This document shows positions 51,906-62,805 of a DNA stretch of 64,000 nt, one piece after another (the first letter of the stretch is position 1; each line of letters begins with the position of its first letter). The position numbers were made by a program, and so were the translations under genes. Under the pieces are notes generated by a model. The model searched no databases. It was not told where the DNA came from and was given only the letters and a program-made list of their open reading frames with translations. The DNA comes from Lytechinus pictus (lineage: Eukaryota): the NCBI RefSeq assembly GCF_037042905.1, contig NC_087252.1, forward strand, positions 11,596,001-11,660,000, given 5' to 3'.

Positions 51906-53332
51906 GTGAATAAATTTTACGTTATGATTTTAAATCTTATCGCCGACTAAAGTTGGGTTAAGCGGTGTGGATTAGGCCTACGGACAGACACTCGACTCTC
52001 CCCGGACCCGCCGGGGTGCCGGGCCGGCGCGCTCCGGGAATCGGAAAGCGAAGGCGTAGCGGCTGGCCGACCAGGTACATGTAACCATGGACCTACACAG
52101 TACTGGGGCCCGTTTCTCAACACCGTCATAAGTGTAACTTCTTGACTAAATCGGAGATAGTGAGCTACTCGTCCGCTAACCGTTTCACGAAGCCCTCTTT
52201 GCCAAGATCGGGGACAACAACCTAGGCCTAACTAAAAATTAAAAATGAGTAGGCCCCTAGTAAATTCAATTAGGCCTAGGGCCTAAGCCTAAATTAAATT
52301 CAATTCATTTAGGATTTTAGGCCTATTTCACTCGATAAAAATAACATATATAGGCCTAGACAGCTGGCAGCCGTCTGTTTTGAGGAGTTTTTAAACATTT
52401 TTTTTTAAAAGTTCTCCTCATACACAGACGAGACGGCTTGCTAGCGTGCAGCCACCATTAGGGGACTTGCAATGCAAAATCCCCCCGTCGGGGCTCTTCA
52501 ATTTTTGTCTTTAATCAATAAAAATTTTGAAAATTAATGCGACCAAAATGCAAATTGATATTCCCTCTTGGCATTAATTGCCAAGAAACGGAGAAAAATC
52601 GAGTTAAAAGGAACAAAAACAGTGACTTACCTCGGCTGTCGCGCAAATTCACTTCCCCGTTTTATCCGATCTTAAGTACATAAACATATGGCCACTGAGT
52701 CCCCTGTACAGATCGCGCTAGAACTTCGGTCTCTGTATTTGGTGAGTGAAGCCAACGGAGTTCAGCTGAACAACCAACATAACAGAGACCGAAGCTTTTG
52801 GTCTAATATAGGCCTAGATCTATACCTACAGGTAAAGAAGAAATACATAATGACAAGAACAAAACAAAGTAACAAAAATTATGATATAGTAAATAGTGTA
52901 CAAAACAGGCATCGAGTATGGACTGGCATTAAAGATCTGTTGGATCTTAGAAGTTCCAGCCCAGTAAAGAAAGAAAAAGAAGGGATACAGAACATACAAA
53001 GACAAAAGCATACAAGGGAAAAACAAACATTAATAAAGTTATGGTGTTAGGGGATTAGTAGGGATTAGTAGTAATTAAGCACACAACATCACATGACCCA
53101 TCGGCGGGAGGAACAAACACAAGACCAGTCAGCTGTACAAAACACATACCCGGCACACACACTACACACGCCACTCAACCACATCATTCCATACCCAACC
53201 CCCGGTCGTAGCGGACCTGTTATAAGAGTGCCTGGATAGAATACAAGAATAAGGTAAGGCTTTCTCCCCGTGTGAAGTTTATATGTGTATAGCGAGTGTA
53301 TTATTATTTATGTTATCGGCCCACCTCTTTAC

Positions 53333-53345
53333 TGGCGACGAGGAT
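53333..53345 (+). promoter_or_regulatory. Primer-binding site, tRNA-Ser(GCU)-like
   Basis: TGGCGACGAGGAT one nt after the LTR; complementary to ...AUCCUCGUCGCCA. Confidence 0.8.
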
Positions 53346-54742
53346 TAAAGCGATTTTTATTTTATTTTCGGCAAAACATTTTCTTTACTTCGCCACAGCC
53401 AACGCCGTTGCAGAATCTGCGTTGGCCGTGGCCGAATATAAAAAAGCCGCCGTCATCTTGAAAATTTTAGGCTTTTTATTAATTTGAGCTGTTTGACTCT
53501 GTTTCGTCCATAATATTAAATAAAACAAAAAGTAACATATTATTTTAGTTTGAGATTTCATTTTTTGGTGGAAAAAGTTTGATTTTTAGTTCCGTAAATA
53601 TACTCTATTTTTTTTACCGATCGGCACTGCCGTGCTGGCCTTGAAGGAATTCAGCGGCTAGCTCGACAGGAGCTAATCGGATTTTTTTTGGACAAAACAT
53701 TATACGTTGTACTATTTAGGGTAAATATCCACTCATTTTGTTGACCATATATTTAAATCTTCCCTCGTTAGGATATATTTTTTTGGCCACCGTGCCGAGT
53801 GTGATTGACTTTGATGAAATTTTGATTGGGTTTGACTGTGTTTACTGATGTGGTGTGAATGGATTGCTGAATATTATTGATGTTGTGAGTTGATTATTTT
53901 ATTACAAGCCTGAATTTGCTTTTCTCCTTTGACCGCCGCGCTGCTGCTGCAGCTGCTGTTAGTATTTTTTTTTTGTAATTATATTTCTGGGTGTTTTTTG
54001 GAGAAAACACCAGAAATTTGCTGCTGCTGCTGCTGCTGCTGTTAATTGTTAGGAATTTATTATTTTTTGGTTACGTCTCAGGAGATAAGGAAATTCAGTC
54101 TTGTATTAATTATTTTATTGTTGTTGCTGCTGCTGTATTGAATATTTTGCTGCTGCTGCTGTGCTGTTGTATTGTTGCTGCTGCTGCCGTTGAGTGAATG
54201 CTGTGAGCTGTGCTGCTGATCTTTATATAAATCCACATTCAAATTGATAAATTAGAAATTGTACAATTAAATAAATTCTGTATATGTTTAAATAAATTGT
54301 ACATAGATCTGTTCATTATTCCAATCGTACGTGTAAATATTAACTTTTGTTTAAAAAAAAAATATATATATATATATATAAATAAATAATAGGAATTTAT
54401 TTATTAGAAATTTTTTCTATATATTTCATATCTTTCTTTTAACAAGTGAGCGTTCGATTGTTTGCATTTTTTGTTTTCTAAGAATTAAATCATACAGGAA
54501 TTTTATTTTTTAGGCAAGGTAGCCTCTGGATTTTAATTTAATAACATCCTCAGGATATTTTGAGGTTAGTTCTGCTAATTTCTCTTTCATTTTTTTAAAG
54601 TTAATTTTGTCCCAGATTTATTTTAATTTTATCCGCAAGACAAAGTAGTCTGCAGGATAATTTTGGAATTTAATTTGTCCCAGATTTATTTTCAATTGAC
54701 TATTGTGAGTCTTTTTTGTTACTGATTAATTTCTACATCAAG

Positions 54743-57001
54743 ATGGCGAGCAACATTCCAAGAATCAAAATCAACTTTTGTTCGTCTGAGGAATTGATGA
54801 GTCTGCCCGGAGTGGGTATGGCCACCGCCAACCGCATTCTACACGCAAGGGAGGCGGCCGACATTACTCCGGATACATTCTTGTCAATACCTCACATACC
54901 GAAGGCGGAACTATTAGTTTACGCCTTTGACTATGAGCCAACAACAACGGCTCATAATGTGGACCGCAGAGAAGTGCGCTCCGAAGGAGTCGAGCCTTCT
55001 ACGAGCGTTCCACTGATACCATCAAAGGAGCCCCCCGTGAGCCAGGCGTTTGAGGCTTGGCCACAGCACACCCGTGCACATAGCACTCGGGGTGCTGTAG
55101 GCCAGTCTTCTCAGACACAGGACGGGGAGGCCCCCTTATTTTTTACAGGGGGGAGGCCAGGTGGCGCTTGTACTCAGCAGCCTTCGGCCTCTCCAGAAGA
55201 TAGGGCTAAGTCCCTCTGGGCTAACCAATTTGGATTTTTAGGATGGAACGATGGCCTGTTCCCACCACAGGGTCCCCATCCAGTTACACCACCACTAGCT
55301 ACCCCACCAGGACCCCAGTTCCAATGTGGTCCTCGTGCACAGGTAGATTTGCATGGTCAGGCTCCCAGAGCTCAGGGTGGCCGACCAGCAATGTTAAACC
55401 AAACTACCCAGACACCTCCACATAGCTATCCACAGGCTGTTCCACACTTTACGCAAGCGCAGTACGAGGAAATGTATGGCGTGATGTTTAGGATGATGCA
55501 GATGATGCCATTCGGAGGAATTGGACAACCAGCTCCTCCATACTGCAACCCTGCTGCCGCCTACGGTGGATATTGCCCACCATGGGCTGGAGGCAGATAT
55601 CCGCCACACTACCCTTACACTGTGGCCCCGCAAACCTCTCCCCAAGGACCATGTGACTTGCGACATGGGGGTAGCAACCCTGTGTATCAAGGCGCTGGAC
55701 CTCAAAGAGATGGACATGGAGGCCCAGTATACAGTGAAAATAGAAACACCACAAGGCCATCAGTAAGTCCTGGATACTTGGGGCTGCCAACAAGAAATCA
55801 GCCGCCCCGCGTCACCAGACTTTCTTCGGCCTCAAGACCTGTGGTACCAGAGTATGACGACAGAAGGCCCCCTTCTAGACCAACCTCTTTGCCGAAGACC
55901 ATTTCGTTCGACGGCAAGGGAAGTTGGGCGGCCTTCTATTCAAAGTTCCAACTTTACACCGAAAGACATTGCATGTCTGATGCAGACAAGAAATATCAGC
56001 TGTGTCTGGCGTTGGAGGCCGAAGCCAGTAAGTTCATGGCCCTCATCCAGGAGAGCAATCCAAATATCGCCTTCTCTGACTTGGTTACCAAGTTGGAGAA
56101 GCAGTTCGCTCTCCAGGAGGAGCCGGAAGTTACTCGGATGCAATTTCAATCGGCTTTTCAACGCTCGGATGAAGACATCATCAAGTGGGCAGATAGGCTT
56201 ATGACCCTTGCAGGTCAGGCCTTCGTAGGCCTACCCGACAAGTTCGTCCAAGAACTTGTAGTGGCAAGGTTCTGCCAAGGTGCCCAAGACAAAGATGCAG
56301 GGCATCATGTCCTGACTTCTCGGCCTGGGACATTAGATGAAGCCATGACTAAGTACAAATGGTTTCAGTTTACCCAGAAGACCATGCAGAAGCATGGCCC
56401 TAGGCTGAGAAACGAAGTAAGGCAGCTCTCTGTAGGAGAAGATAAGAATGACCTCAGGGTACAAGAGTCGTCTCCTCCGGAAGCTGCCACCAAAGGAAAT
56501 TCTAGCCTTGAGGCTAGAATCAGTGCTCTGGAGGCTCAGAATGCAATGTGGGCCTCCAAGATGGATTCGATGGTTGCTGCAATCACGGATCTGTCTCGGA
56601 GTACTAAAGAACTTTTGTCGGTGTCAAGAGGCCAGCCGAGTTACTCCTCCGGCCGTGCCCCTGTCACACCTGAAAGACCAAAATATACCTCCGGCCGAGC
56701 TCCGGGTACATCAGACAGGCCGAGGTATACCTCTAATAGAACGCCGGATCGGTCAGAAGGAGGCAGAAGACCATCTTCGGGCCTTCCAACAACCGATCGG
56801 CAGCGAAACTTCGCAGGCTGTTTCAACTGTGGGGAAGAAGGCCATTTCAGTAGGGCCTGCCCCAGAGGGAGATCGCCTGCTCAGAAAAGACAACTTAGGG
56901 CTGTCACCTTCGAGGAGGAGGGAAATGGACAGGGATCGGAGGAGATGGGGAATCCCCGATCCGATCACAGATCTCCACCCCCACCATCTCCATTCCATTA
57001 A
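54743..57001 (+). CDS. gag: Gag, 752 aa: N-terminal helix-hairpin-helix, Pro/Gln-rich linker, capsid-like domain, CCHC knuckle
   Basis: IKINFCSSEELMSLPGVGMATANRILHAR (HhH); FDGKGSWAAF...FQRSDEDIIKWADRL...RFCQG (capsid-like); CFNCGEEGHFSRAC. Confidence 0.9.
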   Translation: MASNIPRIKINFCSSEELMSLPGVGMATANRILHAREAADITPDTFLSIPHIPKAELLVYAFDYEPTTTAHNVDRREVRSEGVEPSTSVPLIPSKEPPVSQAFEAWPQHTRAHSTRGAVGQSSQTQDGEAPLFFTGGRPGGACTQQPSASPEDRAKSLWANQFGFLGWNDGLFPPQGPHPVTPPLATPPGPQFQCGPRAQVDLHGQAPRAQGGRPAMLNQTTQTPPHSYPQAVPHFTQAQYEEMYGVMFRMMQMMPFGGIGQPAPPYCNPAAAYGGYCPPWAGGRYPPHYPYTVAPQTSPQGPCDLRHGGSNPVYQGAGPQRDGHGGPVYSENRNTTRPSVSPGYLGLPTRNQPPRVTRLSSASRPVVPEYDDRRPPSRPTSLPKTISFDGKGSWAAFYSKFQLYTERHCMSDADKKYQLCLALEAEASKFMALIQESNPNIAFSDLVTKLEKQFALQEEPEVTRMQFQSAFQRSDEDIIKWADRLMTLAGQAFVGLPDKFVQELVVARFCQGAQDKDAGHHVLTSRPGTLDEAMTKYKWFQFTQKTMQKHGPRLRNEVRQLSVGEDKNDLRVQESSPPEAATKGNSSLEARISALEAQNAMWASKMDSMVAAITDLSRSTKELLSVSRGQPSYSSGRAPVTPERPKYTSGRAPGTSDRPRYTSNRTPDRSEGGRRPSSGLPTTDRQRNFAGCFNCGEEGHFSRACPRGRSPAQKRQLRAVTFEEEGNGQGSEEMGNPRSDHRSPPPPSPFH

Positions 57002-57555
57002 AGGACAGCCTAATACCACAAGACCATGGTAACACACGGGCACCGGACTCACAAGCAAGTCCAGGGAGCCCGAAATTCTCTGAGGTATTAGATGTCCCTT
57101 GGAGGAATCCACCATGGCCACCAGACATTTCTGGTGAGGTTAAAGATCAACAGGTTGAAGTAGTCATTTGTAGAATTGTGTCTACTTCAACATTGAGTGT
57201 TGAGCTGACAGTTGGCAAAGAGCCCATTACATCTGTTTTGGACACTGCGGCAGCTGTCACCATCATATCAGATAGGCTATTCAATCGCCTCCAGCCTCGG
57301 CCACCCATCCTTAAGCGTGTACTCCTTAAGGGGGCTGGCCGAGACATGACAATGGATGGCATGGTTGTAGGGCCTATCAATATCAAGCTGGGTACCCAAA
57401 TACTCAGCGAGAAGATTTATGTAGCTCCAATAGCAGATGAGATGTTGTTTGGCATCGACTTGTTGCGAAAACACAATGCCAATATTAGCATCCCAAATGC
57501 TATCTTAACTATGAATGGTGAAGACCTACCAATCATACAAAGAGAAGATCCATAA
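56920..57555 (+). CDS. Retropepsin protease in the -1 frame relative to gag
   Basis: The -1 frame is open from 56899 to 57555; VLDTAAAVTIIS and MLFGIDLL motifs. Confidence 0.85.
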   Translation, partial: GKWTGIGGDGESPIRSQISTPTISIPLKDSLIPQDHGNTRAPDSQASPGSPKFSEVLDVPWRNPPWPPDISGEVKDQQVEVVICRIVSTSTLSVELTVGKEPITSVLDTAAAVTIISDRLFNRLQPRPPILKRVLLKGAGRDMTMDGMVVGPINIKLGTQILSEKIYVAPIADEMLFGIDLLRKHNANISIPNAILTMNGEDLPIIQREDP

Positions 57556-57899
57556 AACAAGGTGATATGATTTGGAAGGCTTATAACTCTTGATTGTAGG
57601 ACCTGACGTAGAACCTTCAGAATGTGTCCCATTGTGGATACTTATGAATCAGGTCTCTACTCTTCATCTTCTGGATCCCTGGAGCCGCTCTATTGAGGGG
57701 CTGGCCCCAGGGGAACAGGAGTTGAGAAGGTTTCTACTTAAAAAGAAATTGATTGGTACACCTTGTCGATTGATTAGACAAAGATGTGCCATTAAGTCAA
57801 AGACAAAGGGTCCCAAATGAGGCTGTTGAATCTTTTCCTGTAATGTGCATGGAAACATCCTTCAACAAAGCCAATTCATTTGAGATCCGAATAGTTGAC

Positions 57900-58355
57900 C
57901 CAGCTGAGGTGGCAGAGGAGCCGCCTTCTGACGATTTAGTCAAGATCATGCGGAACCAATTCCTCGAGCCCCCCTGCAGGTGGTTAACATACAAGAAAGA
58001 GCCGGCTGAAGAGACTCTGTTTCTCCTCCCGCCAGAGGGAAAGTTTTTGTGGACAAACAGGCAACTCTTCTACCATTACAGAGAAGGAGTCATCTTGATG
58101 GAGAAGGATGAGCGTGATGTCATGATGATTTCTGAATCACTACGACATTACATCATCCAGCTTAGTCATGATTCTCCTTCAGCATGGCATGCTGGGATCG
58201 GTAGCTCTCAGTAATATACCGATACGGCATGTCGGAAGACACTCATCTGCATATAGCCAGGTGTGCAACTTGTAAAACAAGAAAGCGACCCGTTCTGGGA
58301 GGCATCCTATGAAACGTTTTCATGAGAGCGCCCCCTTGGAATGTGTCCATCTTGA
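57900..58355 (+). pseudogene. Integrase zinc-binding remnant
   Basis: LSHDSPSAWHAGI...HIARCATCK...APLECVHL; catalytic core absent. Confidence 0.75.
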
Positions 58356-61300
58356 ATTCAGTATCGATCCTGGTTATGGCAGATTAAAGCAAGGGAGCTC
58401 TATTGCCTCAAATAATGGGGCAATGCTACTCCCTCGCACCTGTCTCTGCCTTTTACCTTCATTGTAAGGCTATTTATTTTATATACAAAAGTTGTATTTT
58501 ATATGTGTTTATTATGCTTTATATATGTAATACGGAAAATAGACGCCTATGATTTACAATTCTTATTGAGTTATGCTTTTTGTTGAAATTGGAAAATTAG
58601 ATCAGATAAGTAATAATATATATATATGTATGTATGTATCGATTTAAATATTTGCTTACTTTTTTACTTAGATACATAAACAAGGCAGAGACAAGGTAAG
58701 AATATGTTTTATGATTGATATTGATGTACAATGTATATATTGATGTATTTATGTTATATCTATGTCATGAACAAATAAGAAAAAATAAGAAAAGAAAAAA
58801 AGATCACAAAGAAAAGAAAAAAAAGATCTCAAAAGAAAAGAAAAAGAAAAAAGATCACAGACAAAAAAAAATGAAGGAGAAAAGAAAAAGAAAACAAAAG
58901 AAGAAAAGAAAGAAAAAAGATCAAAGAATACGAAAAAAGGAAAGAAAAAGATATGATCAAGAAAAAAAAAGGAAAAACAAATGAACGTTGATGTATATTT
59001 TATGGTTTTATGTTTAGGGTTACCTTATGTTAAGTATGTCAAGTTATGCTAAGTTATATAGAAAATGGGCCACCCAATTTTTTTAGGGTGGGGGGAAGTA
59101 TGGTGTTAGGGGATTAGTAGGGATTAGTAGTAATTAAGCACACAACATCACATGACCCATCGGCGGGAGGAACAAACACAAGACCAGTCAGCTGTACAAA
59201 ACACATACCCGGCACACACACTACACACGCCACTCAACCACATCATTCCATACCCAACCCCCGGTCGTAGCGGACCTGTTATAAGAGTGCCTGGATAGAA
59301 TACAAGAATAAGGTAAGGCTTTCTCCCGGTGTGAAGTTTATATGTGTATAGCGAGTGTATTATTATTTATGTTATCGGCCCACCTCTTTAAAGTTAAAAT
59401 GAAGTGTTTGCCTTTCTAGGAAAATGATAGAAAAAGGTAAAGGACTAGCGTATGTGGAGGGTCACAGAAAATCGACAGGTGAAATTAGTGAGAATAAGTG
59501 TAGGAGAAGGGCAAACAGAAATTATAGTTATGTTACAATTACTTAGTTGTTATTGGATGCGAACGTTGTTTTACAGACGTTGAAATATTTATGACACCTC
59601 CGAACCTGTCATAACTTCTTTCTTAATGACGTAGTGGCATCACGTGGGTAGACTATGACATGCAAATGCAAAAGTGCCTCGAAATTTGAAAATTATAATC
59701 TTACATGATCAATCATAGAAGTTGAAATCACATTGCAAAACAGGTGTAATAGATCATTCAATAATAATTGTAATGCACAGAAACTATAAAAACTGTTGGT
59801 AAAACGCAACAAAACCATTCATTTTGAAATAGTAAAATAATTGAATCGATAAAGATTCTACCACGTCATGTCATCCATAACTGGACTCGTATTCGTTGTT
59901 TTCAGACCCTTATCAACATTTTGATAAATTCTTTCTCTAATTTATGCAAAGAATTTGTCAAATGGTGTGTTTCAGTATCTAAAGAGTGTAGAAATTGATG
60001 TTAAACTATATTTTGATGATGTTTGGAACCATAAACATATAATTATTATTATTTTACAAAGAAAACCATTGTGGTTTACTTCCGCAAACTTAAAATTTAC
60101 TATCCCGGGGGTACCCATCTCAACGTATGTGATTATTCATAATTTCATTTTCTCAGCAATTGCATGCTCCACTCATCATGGTTTAAGTGTGCATGGCATG
60201 GTACATATTTTGCCTCTGCTATTATTTTGATTAGATGTATTTCCAAATTCATCACAATAATTGCAGTTTTATCATATTTTTGCTTTTTAAAAATTATGTT
60301 TTTGTGACTAAGGCTATGTCTCGTCTGCTCTTTCTACTGATAGTATCGATATCAAGGGACTCTAGTCAGGAAGCATTTTGTGAAATGGGTTTAGTAAGAT
60401 TGGAACTAACTCCGTGGTTGGTGGATAAAGATATGACTAACTTGTCCAGGTGTTGAGAAACGGGCCCCTGGACATCCAACGAATCCCCTCCTTTGGGCCT
60501 AAGACCGTCGCCGCTAATCCTTTCATAAACAGAGCGCTGGCAGCTGACCCCCATCAAGCCGATCGCAAAACAAGTCGTCACTGCTACTACAGTAACCAGA
60601 CTAAAACCATAGAATAAGATGGAGTGACCGGGAATTACAGGCCACCGCCTTCTTCCTGTATCAGATGATGATGATGTTAGACAGCTGGCAGCCGTCTGTT
60701 TCGAGGAGTTTTATAACATTTTAATCTTTTTTAAATTTCTCCTCGTACACACTAATCCAAGGAGGTCTTTAGTGCCCAAACCTTTTGAATGTGCATATTT
60801 TCTTGAGAACTTCAAATTGGTTGAACTTTAAAGCTCAATAGCAAAAAGTCAAGCACATGAACCCATGTTAAATTTTGCATTTGGAATTTAGGTGCTGAAG
60901 TAACTCTGCAAAATTTGGTGAAAATGACATGGATTTCATTTTAACTGTGGAACATCCTTTAACATTTTCAGTTGATAATGTTCCTTATTATTCTTATGAG
61001 TAAGTTGCCAAAAATTGTAGAAAAGTTTGTAAGAAATATATGATTTTCTTGGTCTTAACTCTTTGAAAAAAAAAACATTGTCCTCGGCCAGTCAATTTTA
61101 ATGTTAGATTGAAAAAAAAAAAGGGTGCCCCATGTCTGTGCACCCGTTGACTTTACATACGATTGGAAATTTGTTAAGAAGCTAGCTTAGTTTACACAAA
61201 AAATTTCATAAAGACAATACATAAAGATTTACACAAATTTTCATTGTGAGTACATGAATATTTTCACATGGGGGGGGGGGGGGGCTCTCATATTGAATGG

Positions 61301-61612
61301 CATTAGAGTCTTCTGCTATGTGCTGCCCTTAATGCCCTCTTTCATACCTTGCCAGCAGTTCCCAAGGATATCCCCTGGGCAACTCCATAAAATACATACA
61401 TCCAACCCCCTATATGTGGGACCTTCATGAAATTCTCTGTCTCTGAATTCTGTAATGCTCTCAAATGACCATGACTTGGTCAGTTTATGAAGTGAAGTAA
61501 ACTTGAGAAAAATGGGGATCGGATGTACAAAAAGGTTGATCATTTTATGGAATTGCCCCCCTTTTAAATTGACCAACCTGAACCTGTTCTTAGAACCGTC
61601 TTTATCTTACAG

Positions 61613-61747
61613 ATTGTCATTTTAGAAGGCAGTCCCAGAGTTGGTGGATGGGTTGACTCTTTCCAATCACCAGAGGGAGCTGTTCATGAAAGAGGAACGC
61701 GTAGCATCCGTCCTGTTGGAGTTGTTGGCAAGAACACTCTGGATTTG
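61613..61747 (+). CDS. PPOX: Protoporphyrinogen oxidase, coding exon 2 (45 codons)
   Basis: IVILEGSPRVGGWVDSFQSPEGAVHERGTRSIRPVGVVGKNTLDL matches the PPOX E..RxGGW..S..G..E.G.R.IRP.G pattern; ttacAG acceptor and GTAGGT donor, phase 0. Confidence 0.92.
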
Positions 61748-62059
61748 GTAGGTAGATCTCGACCTACATGATTTGGTCATGAAACACATGATACATCCTG
61801 GAAGGCTGAAGCCATCTTTCTAGAAATAATACATTTATGCTACATACAGCACTCAATTACAGAGAAGGGATACACTATAGCTATAAACTGACAATTTTAG
61901 AGGAACGTACTGATGAAAAATTGTTTCATATTGTCAAACATCTACCAAAATACATGGAATTGTTTTTATTTTCAAATGTGAGTGGTTGGTCTGGGAAATG
62001 ACATTCTGTCCAGTCATATTTAAAAACTTGCTACACAAAAAAGATACTTTGAGCAATAG

Positions 62060-62439
62060 CAGAGCTGCCATCTAGAACGTTTTTGGCGTATTTAGTACGT
62101 TTTTGGCGTATTTAGTACGTTTTTGCAACCAAAATACGACAGTACGTTTTCTTTATAAAAAATACGATTTTGTTTAAAAAAAATAATGAAAAATAACACA
62201 AATATGGCTATTGGATCAATGTAATTTCAGGTACAATCATTTTGTTAAAACCAGGGAGAGGTATGCACATGTTTCAATGTTTTTTTTTTCATCTGCAAGA
62301 GCAGTGCGCATTTTAGCTTGCATGCAGCTTGAGCGTGCCGGCCATGCATTTTATTATGAAATACAGTTTTGGGGGGAAAATGCATTTTTTTTTTAATCAC
62401 AAGAGTACAATTTTTCATTCCCAGAGGTTGGCAGATCTG
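62060..62439. mobile_element. Probable hAT-like MITE
   Basis: CAGAGCTGCCA...TGGCAGATCTG; weak duplication CAATAG / CAACAG. Confidence 0.45.
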
Positions 62440-62805
62440 CAACAGTTGCACCCACACTGAAATGCTTACATTGCCATGCGCCAATGTTTGTGTTTGGTTT
62501 GTTTGAAGCTACCATATGATTGTATAAATATTAGCCGGCATGTTCAGCCTAGGCCTTGTTGAATAAAGGTGTTCATTTTGCATCCCAATCTGATGTGGTA
62601 ATTTCTCCCTCTTCATTGTCGTGGTGTCAGCGCTAGGTTCGTTCCCTGCCACATAGGAATTTTTAGGCCAAAACTGGGTCACGCATCGACAGTTTAGGAC
62701 TATAGCTGTAGTGATTTTTGCAATTTGAACTGGCTGATTCATCGCTCCATCAGCGTTAGCGACACACAGGTAACGCTTTGATAGCCTCACGTATAGTACG
62801 ATACG

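Larger units (their letters stand above)
53040..59390 (+). mobile_element. Young non-autonomous Gypsy-type LTR element (gag-pro plus integrase remnant)
   Basis: 292-bp LTRs (53040-53331, 59099-59390) with one mismatch seen; PBS TGGCGACGAGGAT; PPT AGGGTGGGGGGAAG; AAGT duplication. Confidence 0.95.
52106..60467. mobile_element. PIF/Harbinger-type non-autonomous element expanded by a nested LTR element (PPOX intron 1)
   Basis: Perfect 19-bp TIR GGGCCCGTTTCTCAACACC; CTG TSD (52103-52105, 60468-60470). Confidence 0.82.

Noticed and set aside
51768..51950. 60-aa ORF as a complete small protein
   Set aside because: It is PPOX exon 1 read past the splice donor at 51906
58715..58984. Lys-rich ORF in the env position of the LTR element
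   Set aside because: A-rich low-complexity sequence with no signal peptide or transmembrane segment
52358..60751. ~70-bp repeat TAGACAGCTGGCAGCCGTCTG at ~52358 and ~60678 as the ends of one element
   Set aside because: Same orientation, diverged and straddling the Harbinger boundary; more likely two copies of a small dispersed repeat
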